NCBI RefSeq assembly: GCF_964213995.1
Contig: NC_135808.1
Location: forward strand, 24,304,001-24,368,000
Reading direction: 5' to 3'
Length of the DNA: 64,000 nucleotides
Source: Mustelus asterias
Lineage: Eukaryota
Positions within the stretch are counted from its first letter, which is position 1. Every line of letters begins with the position of its first letter. The position numbers and the translations under genes were made by a program. This document shows, piece by piece, positions 1 to 12,843 of this stretch. The notes beneath the pieces were generated by a model. It saw nothing but the letters and a program-made list of their open reading frames with translations. It was not told the DNA's origin and did no database searches.

Positions 1-839
1 ATTCCATGAATATAATATTGATCCCCAAACTTCCATCAACTGAAATTGCTAAGATTCCAAAAATACTCCAGTAGCAATAAACATGAGGGGAAGTGTGGAG
101 GGGAAAGAGCAGTGTCAGCGTTCATCAGAGTTCTCAAGGACAGGAGAGGGCAACGGTACCCATCGTCTGTCCTCCATCTCTGCTGATGCAACTCCCATCT
201 CCTCACATCGGATCAGAAAGCAGAATACATCTTCGGAAAAGACAAATCCACCAAATGCTCACATTTTCCTGTGTCAATAAACTACGGGCCAAAATCTTAC
301 CTGTGCACCAGCCGGTGGGTTTTTCCAGTCCTACCAGAGACAATGGTCACGTGTGCGTTTGGCAGCAATTGCGGGCCCCATCCCCACCCACGACGGGACA
401 CTAAACATCCGCCCTCAGGCAAATGGGGAGATTTAGGCAGGGAATTCCAAGTATTGGGGCCCACAAGGCTAAACCTACCAATTGTCAGAGGGGATTGAAT
501 AAAATTGCTTTCGACTTGCAGAGCCTTTCAAAATTTCCGACCGTCTGAAATTGGTTTATGTTGCAATTGACGGCACAGAAATGGGCAATTCAACTCGACA
601 CGTCCCTCAAGGCGGTGATGTTGAAGATGTTCTCCCACCCCTCTTCATTTCATCCTGTCAGCATATCTTCTTATTCATTTCTCTCTCATCAGTTTATCCA
701 ACTTACCCTTGAATGGAGATGAGATTTTGGAATCCAGCTCCCTCCCCAGTAGAGAATTCCATATTTTCATGCACCCATGATGTTCCCTAAAAATAACATA
801 GAGGTAACGACCAGATCAGCTAAAAGCATGTTTGAGGTG

Positions 840-1085
840 GTATTAATTGAGGTGAGTTATCAGCTGGGACACCAGGAAGAAATTCCCTCTGCTTCGCTCC
901 CAATCGTGTTCTCGCCCTTACATTCCCCCGCCAAGTTCTCCCTCCACCTGCTCATAACTCTCCATATCTTCCTTTCTCGCTCTCGTTCTCTCTCTCTGTC
1001 TCCATCCTCCGTGTAGAAGGCATTGGATCTTTCATGTTACCTTCAGGGAGCAGACAAGATCGCAGTTCAATGTCTAATGCTGAAC
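840..1085 (-). mobile_element. Degenerate DeuSINE (SacSINE1-like) fragment
   Basis: Decayed match to the shark Deu-SINE body (gggacaccaggaagaaattccctctgct...gcattggatctttcatgttacc...gcagacaag); recognised from memory of the consensus. Confidence 0.4.
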
Positions 1086-1730
1086 ATTTTCTCAAGTTTA
1101 GCTATCAACAACAAGCGCAAGGTGCTGTAACGTACCTGAATAATTATTGAACATGTTTCAGCACCAAGTCAGGAAATAAGATATTAGTGCAGTGACGGTG
1201 ATCAAATGCTTACTCAAAGTGGTTAGTTCGGAACAATATCCTGAAATGGGGAAGTGACGTGGAGGGGTATAACATGAGCATTGCTAACATGACAGCTGAG
1301 GCAACTAAAGACATGGTCGACAATGGTGGGGGGATTAAAAACAGGATGAGCAAAAAATCACAACTGGCGAAGCACTGCGGTCGGGAGAGGTGCTTGGGCT
1401 GGAGGAAGTTACGGAGACAGGCAGGAATGCATCTGGAGGAGGTTACAAGATGGAAAGGGACTGGAGGAGTATACAGAAATAGGGAGGTTTTTAAGAGATG
1501 GCGCAGTTGCACAGAACCAACAGATTGATGTGACATTGCCGGTACTTTTACCTGCGATCTGGGGTATTAATCAAATAATTATCTACCAAACTCAGCCCTG
1601 TCACTGTGGATGTAATTACACCGTAGGGTCACAGTGTTCTATAGCACAGGAGGAGGTCCATCGGCCCATCTGCGCTGCACTGGCTATCAAGCGCCCATCC
1701 CATTTTCCAGCACATGGTCCTTGGCCATGT

Positions 1731-4072
1731 ATAGAAATATAGAAACATAGAAAAACTACAGCACAAAACAGGCCCTTCGGCCCCACAAGTTGTGCCGAAC
1801 ATATCCCTACCTGTTAGGCCTACTTATAATCCTCCATCCTATTTAGTCCCATGTACTCATCCAGGAGCCTCTTAAAAGACCCTATTGAGTTTGCCTCCAC
1901 CACCACTGACGGCAGCCGATTCCACTCGCCCACCACCCTCTGTGTGAAAAACTTCCCCCGAATATTTCCCCTGTACCTACCCCCCAGCACCTTAAACCTG
2001 TGTCCTCTCGTAGCAGCCATTTCCACCCTGGGAAAAAGCCTCTGAGAGTCCACCCGATCGATGCCTCTCAACATCGTTTATACCTCTGTTAGGTCTCCTC
2101 TAATCCTCCATCTCTCCAAGGAGAAAAGACCGAGCTCCCTCAGCATTTCCTCATAAGGCATGCCACTCAATCCAGACAACATCCTTGCAAATCTCCTCTC
2201 CAACCTTTCAATCTTTTCCACATCCTTCCTGTAATGAGGCGACGAGAACTGAGCAAAGTACTCCAAGTGGGGTCTGACGAGGGTCTTATATAGCTGCATC
2301 ATTATCCCCGGACTCCTAAACTCAATCCCTCGATTGATAAAGGCCAGCACACCATACGTCTTCTTAACCACCTCCTCCACCTGCGGGGCCGATTTTAGAG
2401 GCCTGTGGACCCGGAGCCCAAGGTCCTTCGGATCCTCTACAGTACTCAGAGTCTTTCCCTTTATATTCTACTCCTTCATCCCATTTGACCTGCCAAAATG
2501 GACCACAACGCATATATCTGGGTTGAAGTCCACCTGCCACTTCTCCACCCAGTCTTGCATCCTATCTATGTCCCTCTGTAACTTCTGACATCCCTCCAGA
2601 CTATCCACAGCCCCATCAACCTTCGCGTCATCAGCAAACTTACCAACCCATCCCTCCACTTCCTCATCCAGGTCATTTATAAAAATGACAAACAGCAAGG
2701 GTCCCAGAACAGATCCCTGGGGCACACCACTGGTGACCGACCTCCAGTTAGAAAAAGACCCATCTATACACACTCTCTGCCTGCTTTGGGCAAGCCAGTT
2801 CTGGATCCACAGGGCAGCAGCCCCTTGGATCCCATGCCCTCTCACTTTTTCTAGAAGCCTTGCATGGGTGACCTTATGGAACGTCTTGCTAAAATCCATA
2901 TAAACCACATCTACCGCTTTCCCTTCGTCAATGTGTTGAGTCACATTTTCGAAGAACTCCACCAGGCTCGTAAGGCACGATCTGCCTTTGACAAAGCCAT
3001 GCTGAGTATTCTTGAGCATACTAAACCTCTCCAGATGCTCATAAATCTTGTCCCTCAGGATGTCCTCCATCAGCTTACCAACCACTGAGGTTAGACACAC
3101 CGGTCGGTAATTTCCTGGGCTATCCCTATTCCCCTTCTTGAAAATAGGAACCACATCCACAATCCTCCAATCCTCCGGCACCTCTCCCATCTCTATCGAC
3201 GACAAAAAGATCATCGCCAGAGGCTCTGCAATCTCTTCCCTCGTCTCCCACAGTAACCTGGGGTACATCCCATCCAGACCCGGCGACTTATCTATCTTGA
3301 TGCCATTCAAAGATTCCAGCACAACCTCTTTCTTAAAGTCCACATACTCAATCTTTTCAGTCCACCGCAAGCCCCCAGTACATCCACGCAGGTCCTTCTC
3401 CTCTGTGAAAACCGAGGCAAAATACTCATTAAGCACCTCTGCCATTTCTACTGGTTCCGTACAGATGTTCCCGCCTTCACCTTTTATAGGCCCTATTCCT
3501 TCATGTTTCATCCTTTTACTCTTCACATCTTTATAGAACGCCTTAGCGTTTTCCTTAATCCTACCTGCCAAGGCCTTCTCTAGTCCCCTTCTGGCTCTCC
3601 TAATTTCCTTCTTTAGTCCCTCCCTACAAGCCGTATACTCATCTAGATCCCTATCTTCACCAAGCTCTCTGAACCTTTTGTACGCTTTCTTTTTCTTCTC
3701 GACTCGGTCACGCACAGTTTTCGTGCACCATGGTTCCTTTAACCTACCACTCCTTCCTGTTTGCTCGGAACGTTGACCTGTAGAACTCTAGACAGACATT
3801 CCTTGAAAAACTGCCACCTCTTTTCAGTACATTTCCCCGAGAATACCTCCTTCCAATTTACTCCTCTAATTTGCTGCCTTATGTCTTCATATGTCCCCTT
3901 ACTCCATATAAACGCTTTCCTAGCTTGCCTGATACTCTCTTTTTCCAATGCAAGCATAAAGGAGATAGAGTTATGGTCGCTATCCCCAAGATGCTCTCTC
4001 ACTGAGAGATCTGACACCTGTTCAGGGTCATTGGTCAGTATCAGATCAAGTACAGCCTCTCCTCTTATAGGC
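1731..4072 (-). mobile_element. CR1/HER1-type LINE, 5'-truncated ORF2 (end of endonuclease + RT), with stops/frameshifts
   Basis: ORFs 3739-4092, 2468-3715, 2078-2380 and 1820-2074 carry CR1 motifs ([47 protein letters not shown]); short tandem 3' tail at about 1731-1752. Confidence 0.95.
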
Positions 4073-4743
4073 TTGCATGCTGTGGACTTCAAGTATTCAT
4101 CTCAATGTTATTAAATGTTGTGAGGGTTCTGTCCTCTGCCATGCATACAGGCTGTTACTTCCAATTTCCCACCAGCATCAGAGCAAAAAGAAAAGTCCAC
4201 AACTCCCCTCCCAGTCTCCCAGCCCTCACGTTTCAACTATGCCCTTTATTGATTGACCCCTCTACGAAGGGAAATGCACCACATGGAGTGCAGTAGTTCA
4301 CGAAGCACACCACTACCTTCTCAAGGGCAATTAGGGATGGGCAATATATGCTGCCAGCGACGCCTGCACCCCATGAACATATTTTAAAATTAGTTTCACT
4401 ACTTTATATGGACCACTGAACCGAGCTCAAAGCATTTCATATTGTACGGTGAGTCATATTAACACATAACTCCCTATCCGAAAGGTTTGAGTTTTGGCTT
4501 GCTTGCCTGACCATTTCTTCATGGTCCTTTTGGAAGCTTTGTGGCATTGCTGAGGGACAATGCAGGCACATGTGATCCGCTCCTTCAATCTAGATTAAAA
4601 TTCTCCAATGGGATATTTGTCCCGAGGTTCTAAACTCCTTGCATATTTTCAGAGCAGTTCTCGCCTCATGTGCATTGACGAACAAAAAAGGACTTAACTC
4701 CCAGGTGCAGGTGCATTCTGAGTGGCAAACAAATTAAGTCATG

Positions 4744-5050
4744 GTGGCACGGTGGCACAGTCTTTAGCACTGCTGCCTCACAATGCCAGGGACCCGGGTT
4801 AAATTCCAGTCCTGGGTGACTGTGTGCAGTTTGCAAATTCCCCCATATCTGCCTGGGTTTTCTTGGGGTGCTCCTATTTCCTCCCACATTCCAAGAAATT
4901 GCAGGTTATATGGGAAATGCACGGGAAATGCCTTGGGAAATGCACGGGTTTGAGGAGATGGGTCGAGTGGGCAGTGCATGGTGCACTTTCGGAGAGTCGG
5001 TGCAGACCAATGGGCTAAATAGCCTCCTTCTGCACTGTAGGGATTCTCTA
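4744..5050 (+). mobile_element. HE1-like tRNA-derived SINE
   Basis: Head ggtggcacggtggcacagt...gcactgctgcctcaca...gacccgggtt, V-domain body, tail gcctccttctgcactgtagggattct. Confidence 0.85.
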
Positions 5051-5054
5051 GTCC

Positions 5055-5295
5055 TATCTTGACAGTATGCCCTAGTCATGGTTTTACGAGCCTCGCGGTA
5101 TCCTTCCAGTGCTCCCTGAGCATGTGGGTGGTATGCTGAGGGTTTCACCTGCTTTATACCCAAACTATTAACTCCCTGAACAATGTCAGACATGAAGGTG
5201 GAACATTGAACAGACTGGACATCAATGGATAATACATATCGAGTGAAGAATTGGATCAACGTCCGCCAAAAAGTCTCAGTGTCCGTATCCAACAT
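5055..5295 (-). mobile_element. Gypsy-type integrase core fragment
   Basis: Translation FFTRY...QCSTFMS...LGIKQVKPSAYHPHAQGALE...KTMTRAYC matches the rve core (SAYHPQSQGALER). Confidence 0.75.
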
Positions 5296-5468
5296 TTTAA
5301 CTTACTTTGCTTTACCCTCTCAAGTTTGATATAAGCTTTGCCCGGACTATTTGCGGAGATTGCAAATTAGCAGTGGTTAGCAGAAATAGGCTTTGTTGCC
5401 ATCACACAATCCCTCAATTCAGAAAACAAGATAAACGATCTGATATAAATATCTTATAAATATCTTAT

Positions 5469-6411
5469 ATAAACGATCTGGAAGAAGGTGTAACTGGGGT
5501 GATCAGTAAGTTTGCGGACGACACAAAATTGGCAGGACTTGTAGATAGTGAGGAGTATTGTCAGAAGCTGCAGAAGGATATACATAGGCTGGAAATTTGG
5601 GCAAAGAAATGGCAGATGGAGTTCAATCCTGATCAATGCGAAGTGATGCATTTTGGTAGAAATAATGTAGGGAGGAGCTATACGATAAATGGCAGAACCA
5701 TAAAGGGTGTAGAAACACAGAGGGACCTGGGTGTGCAAGTCCACAGATCCTTGAAAGTGACGTCACTAGTGGAGAAGGTAGTGAATAATGCTTGCCTTTA
5801 TAGGACGGGGCATAGAGTATAAAAGTTGGGATCTGATGTTGCAGTTGTATAGAACATTGGTTCGGCCGCATTTGGAATACTGTGCCCAGTTCTGGTCGCC
5901 ACACTACCAGAAGGACGTGGAGGCTCTGGAGAGAGTACAAAGGAGGTTTACCAGGATGTTGCCTGGTATGGAGGGCTGAGTTATGAGGAGAGATTGGGTA
6001 AGCTGGGGTTGTTCTCCCTGGAAAGACGGAGGGTGAGGGGAGACTTAATAGAGGTGTATAAAATTATGAAAGGCAAAAAATAGGGTGAACGGTGGGAAGC
6101 TTTTCCCCAGGTCGGTGGTGACGTTCACGAGGGGTCACAGGTTCAAGGTGAAGGGGGGGGGGGGAGGTTTAACACAGATATCAGAAGGGCATATTTCACA
6201 CAGAGGGTGGTGGGGGCCTGGAATGTGCTGCCAGGCAAGGTGGTGGAGGCGGACACACTGGGAACGTTTAAGACTTAACTAGATAACCATATGAACGGAG
6301 TGGGAATGGAGGGATACAAAAGAATGGTCTAGTTTGGACCAGGGAGCGGCATGGGCTTGGAGGGCCGAAGGGCCTGTTCCTGTGCTGTATTGTTCTTTGT
6401 TCTTTGTTCTT
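5469..6411 (+). mobile_element. Young CR1 LINE 3' fragment
   Basis: [16 protein letters not shown] and LVRPHLEY motifs; (TGTTCTT)n tail; near-identical to the copies at 15860 and 24522. Confidence 0.93.
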
Positions 6412-6566
6412 AAGACATAAATAAGGATCTGCTGCAATCTGTTTTGGATAAGTAAAGTCCAGTTTGCTTTCTATCAGCTCACCTGCTAATAACCACTTTT
6501 CCAAAAGAAATGAAAGATATCTCTGGGTCCCTTTCCTCAAAATTAGGGAGGGCTTACATCAATGTT

Positions 6567-6880
6567 GGGCGGCACGGTGGCACAGTGGTCAGCACTGCTA
6601 CCTCACAGCTTCAGTGATCTGGGCTCAATTCCTGGCTTGGATCACTGCCTGTGTGGAGTTTGCATGGGTTTCCTCTGGATACTCCGGCTTCATCCCACAG
6701 TCCAAAGATATGTGGATTATGTGCATTGGCCATTCTAAATTGCCCTTTGTGTCTCAGGATGCATAGGTTAGAGGGATTAATGGGGTAAATATGTGTCGTT
6801 ACGGGGATAGGGTCGAGGTGGGATTGTTTTGGATGCCGAATGGCCTCCTTCTGCACTGTAGGGATTCTACGATTCTATGT
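6567..6880 (+). mobile_element. HE1-like SINE
   Basis: gggcggcacggtggcacagtgg head; gattctacgattcta tail. Confidence 0.85.
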
Positions 6881-7222
6881 AACAGTTCCCCACTCGTTCT
6901 TGGGTTAAAATTAGGACTCTCCCCATCAATATTTCCACTAGAGTCAATACCAGCCTTTCATTTTGTTTCCAGCTAAGTTAATGGTCACTTGTCGCTTTGC
7001 ACAAATTGCTGAATTCCGAACATGATGAAAATAACTGAAGATTTCCCCATTTATGTTCAACCAACTCTCCCACACGGATGGGGTGGGCTTTGAAGTGGGG
7101 ATGGGTGAGAGTGTGAGGGACACCGTCAATATTGAGGGGGACTGCAACAACACAAAGATTTAAATTGAGGAGTGGGAAACAATTGGAAGTTGAAGCCAGA
7201 CACCAATAAATGTGCGGTAGAA

Positions 7223-7378
7223 TATTTGGAATCACGAGCTTTCATCGTAGATTCATCGTCACTGATGAAGGAACAGCGCTCTGAAAGCTCGTGATTCCAA
7301 ATAAACTGTTGGGCTTTAAACAGGTATTGTGAGACTTCTTACTGTGACCACCTCATTCCAACGCCGACATCTCCACAT
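7223..7378 (+). mobile_element. Penelope-like pseudo-LTR fragment with degenerate hammerhead motif and short fold-back
   Basis: ctgatga-a-ggaac/gctct-gaaagctc at 7262-7290; 7223-7244 is the reverse complement of 7282-7303; same family as 8190, 31492 and 33140. Confidence 0.7.
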
Positions 7379-8189
7379 CGTGGAACACTTGGACAGGAAG
7401 AATAAGGAGTTCACTTATTACTTGGACGCTGCAAGTTTCTACAGTTCCGATACACAAATGAATCTTGGAGAACAAATGCATCAATCACTAAAAGTTGCAG
7501 CATCGTTTAACAAGGCCATAAAACAAGCAAAGCAAGCACGGGGCTTTGTTTGTCGAGGGAGAGAACCGAAAAGGAGGGGAGTTATGATCAGCCAGTATCA
7601 AAACCTGTTTCGACCACGTTTAAAGTGTTCAGAGTAGCGAGTACAAAGTGACAGACTACTGCGTGTAACTCTGGGTGTCATGTTATAAAGAGGGTGCCGA
7701 GGCCATGGATTGGGTGCAGAGAAAATTTCCAGAGATTAGCGCTGTGGATATCAGGAAAATGTTTGACAATTTGAGTTTCTTTTCTCTTGATAAAAGGCTG
7801 AATGATAACCTGACAGAGGTATTTAAAATAGCGAAATGTTCAAAGATTCTGCTTCCTGTCCCTGAATGTAATATTTATCCCAAGATTTCTCATCAACAAC
7901 ATTTAACCAGGAATCACCGTGGTTCTGAAAATACCCGCTGTGGCGGTGGGATGTTCAAGGGTAGATTCCGAGCGCCCCCTATCGGGACAATAGACAAACA
8001 GTGACCACGGTCTCGCTTCCACGCCCATTGGTTTGATCCTCAACTCAGGGAGACAAACACGAGTTGATAAAATTAATCATAAATTTTCAAGTGTTTACAA
8101 ATCTTTATTTCTGTGAATTGATTTTTTTATTGGATACATTTTATTGAGTCTTACATTTCCGGTTTGTTGGTCATTGCTCTCCCCCTCTC

Positions 8190-8291
8190 CCTCACATGAT
8201 GAAGAAGCAGTGCTCCAAAAGCTCGTGCTACAAACTACACCTGTTGGACTTTAACCTGGTGTTGTGAGACTTCTTATGCCGGCATCTCTAC
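8190..8291 (+). mobile_element. Penelope-like pseudo-LTR fragment, hammerhead core mutated
   Basis: cac-atgatga-a-gaagc-agt-gctcc-aaaagctc-gtg followed by the family tail cctgttggactttaacctggtgttgtgagacttctt. Confidence 0.65.
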
Positions 8292-8295
8292 CATG

Positions 8296-8881
8296 TGGAC
8301 ACTATAGTTATGAAAGCCCACCAATGCTTCTACCTTCTCAGAAGACTAAGGAAATTTGGAATGTCAGCCACGATTCTCACCAACTTTTACACATGCACAC
8401 AGAAAGCATTCTTTTCAGTTGTATCACAGCTTGGTATGACTCCTGCTCTGTCCAAGGCCACAAGAAACTATAAAAGGTCATGAATGTAGCCCAATCCATC
8501 ACGCAAACCAGCCTCCCCTCCATTGACAATGTCTACATTTCCCATTGCCCCGGCAAAACAGCCAACATAATTAAGGACCCCACACACCCCGCGCATTCTC
8601 TCTTCCACCTTCTTCCATTGGGAAAAAGATATAAAAGTCTGAGGTCACGTACCAACTGATTCAAGTCCAACTTCTGCCCTGCTGCTGTCAGACATTTGAA
8701 TGGACCTACCTCACATTAAGTTGATTTTTCTCTAAACCCTAGCTATGACTGTAACACTAGATTCTGCACTCCAGTTTCCTTCTCTATGAACGGTATGCTT
8801 TGTTTGTATAGCGTACAAGAAACAATACTTTTCACTGTAAACTAATACATGTGACAACAATAAATCAAATCAAGTCAAATC
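8296..8881 (+). mobile_element. Rex1/Babar-type LINE 3' fragment
   Basis: KAHQCFYLLRRLRKFGMS / ESILFSCITAWY; 3' tail aataaatcaaatcaagtcaaatc; same family as 20245 and 33972. Confidence 0.75.
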
Positions 8882-9299
8882 ACCATTGGTGGAGAGTTTT
8901 TGTGTCTGGACATATCCAGCCCGGTGCTGTTGTTGGGTGCCTGGGGTCCAGTAGGAGGGATCAGAACTGGCTCAGTACTGGATAGCCCCACCCTCACACA
9001 TGGCTGTCTGCTCAGGTAAACAGGGGCCACTCCCTGCTTGGTTTCCCATGGTAGCTGACATTGTTAACTGTTCTCTCTCCTAAGGCTCCCTCCCACACTC
9101 ATTCGATTCTATTTTCATCGCTCCCCCATCTTCACCAGCGACGCCATTAAGGCAAGCAAGCCCGGGATGAAATTGAGATTTAAAAATTATAAATCAGCCT
9201 CCTCTTTCCCGGGCGTGGCTTTGCACTGCAGGTTGTATCACGAGAGGCGAGAGATCGATGCGAGGGATGAGTCAGTAAGGATCGCCCCCTCAGGATAAA

Positions 9300-10790
9300 A
9301 TTAGCAGTCACATGGAAATCTGTGTGTTGGTCAGAAAGAGCGAACACTGATTTCTCTTGCGGAAATTGTGTTTCTTAAAGATCAAGCAGAAAGAGTGGAT
9401 GAGGGAAATGCTAGTCGTTTCGTTCATATGTAGTATACCACGTGGCACTTTCAAAAGGCATTAAATGCCGTCCCAAACAGCAGATTTACGAGAAAAATTA
9501 TAGCTCATGGAACAAAAGGGACAGGAGCAACGTGGATACAAAATAGGCTGAATACGAGGAAGCAGAGAGTAATAGTCAATGCACAGTTTCAGGATGGAGG
9601 AATGTTTGTATTGGTGTTCCCCAGGGGTCGGTGTTAGGATTCTTGGTACATTACTGATCCGGATATCAGTGTGCACCAAACAAATTGAAAGTTTACAGAT
9701 GAAACAAAACTTGGAAGTATTGTAAACTGTAAGTAAGACAATGGAGAACTTGAAAAAGACTTAGGCAAGTTGGTGCAGTGGGCAGATATGTGGCAGATGA
9801 AGTTCAATGTGGAGAAGTGTGAGGTGATGCACTTTGGTAGGAAGAACATGGAGGGACAATATAAAATAAATGATCTTTAGTAACGGGGGCATAGAACGGA
9901 AGAGCAGGGAGGATACACTGACCTTATACAAGACACAAGTAAGACCTCCGCTGGAGAATTGTGTACAGGTCTGAACTCCACATGATGGAAAGGGTGTGAA
10001 AGCATTCAGAGAGTGCAGATGTGGTTTACAACAATGGTACAAGGGATGAGAAACTTCAGTTATGAGAAGAGATTGGAGAGATTGGGACTGTTCTCCTTGG
10101 AGAGAAGGCTGAAAGGAGATTTGATTAAGAGGCACAGTGGTTAGCACTGCTGCCTCACGGTGCCAGGGACTGGGTTCAATTCCAGCCTCGGGTCACTGTA
10201 TGTGTGGAGTTTGCATATTCTCACCGTGTTTGCGTGGGTTTCCTCCCGTTGCTCCGGTTTCTTCCCACAGTCCAAGGATGTGCAGGTTAGGAGGATTGGC
10301 CATGATACATTGACCTTAGTGTCAGGGGATCAGCAGGGTAAATATCTGGGGTTACAGGAATAGGGTGGGATTGTGTTCGGTGCAGACTCAATGGGCTGAA
10401 TAACTATCTTCTGCTCTGTAGCGATTCTACGTTCAAAATCATGAAGGGAGCTGGTTCGATTAAATAGGGAGAAACTGTTCCTGCTCATAAAAGGCTCAAG
10501 AATGAGATAACACAGATTTAAAATGTTTTGCAAAATAAACTCATGTGATGTCGGAGAATATGTTGATACAACAAATGATTGTGGTCTGACATGCATTGCC
10601 TGGACATGTAGTTGAGGCAGGTTGAATCGATGCATTCAAAAAGTTGTTAGGTGATTATTTAAATAGAAACAACGTGCAGGGGTATCGGGTAAAGGCAGGG
10701 GAATGGCATTCAGTTAAGATGGTCACTTGGAGAGCCGGTGCAGACACAATGGGCTGAATGGCCTCCTTCTGCGCTGTGACAATTCTGTGA
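9300..10790 (+). mobile_element. Old degenerate CR1 LINE interrupted by an HE1 SINE (about 10130-10430)
   Basis: ggtgttccccaggggtcggtgttagga (GVPQGSVLG), tggcagatgaagttcaatgtggagaagtgtgaggtgatgcactttgg; SINE head at 10130. Confidence 0.8.
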
Positions 10791-11248
10791 TTCAGTGTGT
10801 CCAGAGTCACATGCAGTCCAAACCACGGAAGGACGGAAGATTTCCATCCCTAGGTGGTCATTATTGAACGAGATGTATTTTTCCAACAACCATTGATAAT
10901 TCCGAGGTCATTATTGCCGAGTCTAGCTTTTACTTCCAGGTTGATTTCAATTCCAACAGCAGCCATGATGGGATCTGAACCCAGGGCATGAGCCTGGGCT
11001 TCTAGATTACTGGTGTGAGTACATAAGCATTGCTACATCATCTCTCTCATTAAAATTTTATTTCTGATTACTCCTCTGTGAGGTTTTCGTACATTACTGG
11101 TGATAAATAACTAGTATGTCAGTTTCATATCCTCTTGTATAATCAGCACATTTCTATTAATCCACTCACTCCATCAGCTAAGCACATTGAATCAACGAAC
11201 TGGCTTCATAGTGGGATAGATACAATAATATTTCACAAACACCCTTTG

Positions 11249-11254
11249 TTTATT
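11249..11254 (-). terminator. Candidate polyadenylation signal (AATAAA) of the CHRM2-like gene
   Basis: tttatt on the + strand about 180 nt downstream of the stop codon; a second copy lies at 11057-11062. Confidence 0.35.
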
Positions 11255-11433
11255 ACAGACATTGCAAATTCAACGGATATAATGTAGCTATCCTTCCAGT
11301 GTTACATGTCATATATGTCTACTTGAACCATAATCCAACACAATGGACATATTAACTTCATACAGTTTGGATGTAAAATATGAAAGTCGCCCTCATGAAC
11401 ATCTGTAATGCGTTCATGAGGTTGTAGCTGCGA

Positions 11434-12843
11434 CTATCTTGTTGCACCAATGTTCTTGTACTGACACAGGAGGAGTTGCTTGAAGGTTTTCTTGAAGGTA
11501 GGATTACACAGTGCATAGCAGGCTGGGTTCACGGTACTGTTGAAATAAAAGATCCAATATCCAATAATCCAGACTGTGTTGGGGACACAGGTTGCACAGA
11601 AGGTGTCAATGAGAACCATGACATTGTATGGGGCCCAGGTGATGAAACAAGCCAGGAGAATAGCCAGGACGGTCCTCGTCACCTTCTTCTCTCGGGATAC
11701 AACTTCCTTCTTCGTAGCAGAGATATTGGCCATTGTAATGATCATATTGTCTTGTTTGGTCTCTCTATCATGCCCTCTCTTACTGCTGATACATGGCACC
11801 ATTCTTGCTGTGGTACCACAGTGGTCATTGTTATGAGATTTGCTAACTATCCTAAGGCAGGAGAGTTTGGTGTTACCCATCCGGAAACAGCTTTGTGTAG
11901 TAGAGATCTCTTGTATTGTCCCTTCCTGCTTCTGGTTTGATGGGACCACACTGGGGGAAGTTATCTCATTGTGAAGCTCCTTCTCTTCTTGGCCACAATT
12001 CGCAGTTATTATTTCTCCAGTTCTATTGTCACTTTGCATTTTGGCGTGTGGCAAACCATCAGGAGCATTTGATGGGCTGCTACTATTCCGTTCCATTACC
12101 TTTCCTTTCTCTCGACTGTGAGAAACGGTTCCCTCGCTCGATTCAGACACCTTTTTATCTTCCATTATTCGACTCTTGCTGGCTCGAGATATTTGCACGT
12201 ATAAAATCATCATGATGAACACAGGGAGATAGAAGGCAACTATAGCAGTGCCAAAAGTCACAGCTGGATTTGAAAAGAATTGCACATAACACTCACCTTC
12301 ACTAACTGTCCGCTCCCCTACAATGAACTGCCAGAAGAGAATGAGAGGCGCCCACAGGATAAAGGACAGCACCCAAACAGTTACGATCATCATCCCTGCC
12401 ACCTTCGTTGTCCTCCACACGGGGTAGCTGAGGGGTTTTGTCACGCAGAAGTAGCGGTCAAAACTGATAACCAGGAGGCTCATGGAAGAGGTATTACAGA
12501 CAACATAATCGAGAGCGAGCCACAAATCACATATCACTGGACCAAACGGCCAGTAGCCAATTAGAGTGTAGATGTTGTACAGATTCATCGAGAACACGCC
12601 AATAATCAAATCAGCACAGGCCAAGCTGAAAAGAAAGTAATTGTTAATAGTTTGTAAATGTCTGTTTACTTTGATCGAAACGATGACCAAAATGTTTCCA
12701 ATAATTGTCACCAAACTTAAAGCAGCTGTCACAGTTAAAATGAGGACAACTTCGAACGTTTTGTAAGGACTCCCTCTTTCGCTGAGAAACAGGTCTGCTG
12801 GGTTGTTGAGAGATTCATCTGTCCGTGTAGAGTTTGCCATCAT
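11434..12843 (-). CDS. CHRM2: Muscarinic acetylcholine receptor M2-like GPCR (469 aa, single coding exon)
   Basis: Intact ORF from MMANST; TM motifs [64 protein letters not shown]; C-terminus YKNIGATR as in M2; pyrimidine tract + AG acceptor at 12867-12868 just upstream of the ATG. Ortholog versus paralog status is not resolved. Confidence 0.93.
   Translation of the reverse strand: MMANSTRTDESLNNPADLFLSERGSPYKTFEVVLILTVTAALSLVTIIGNILVIVSIKVNRHLQTINNYFLFSLACADLIIGVFSMNLYNIYTLIGYWPFGPVICDLWLALDYVVCNTSSMSLLVISFDRYFCVTKPLSYPVWRTTKVAGMMIVTVWVLSFILWAPLILFWQFIVGERTVSEGECYVQFFSNPAVTFGTAIVAFYLPVFIMMILYVQISRASKSRIMEDKKVSESSEGTVSHSREKGKVMERNSSSPSNAPDGLPHAKMQSDNRTGEIITANCGQEEKELHNEITSPSVVPSNQKQEGTIQEISTTQSCFRMGNTKLSCLRIVSKSHNNDHCGTTARMVPCISSKRGHDRETKQDNMIITMANISATKKEVVSREKKVTRTVLAILLACFITWAPYNVMVLIDTFCATCVPNTVWIIGYWIFYFNSTVNPACYALCNPTFKKTFKQLLLCQYKNIGATR

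Noticed and set aside
4744-4830. tRNA genes
   Set aside because: The tRNA-like A/B boxes here and elsewhere are SINE heads continuing into HE1 bodies; no complete cloverleaf is evident
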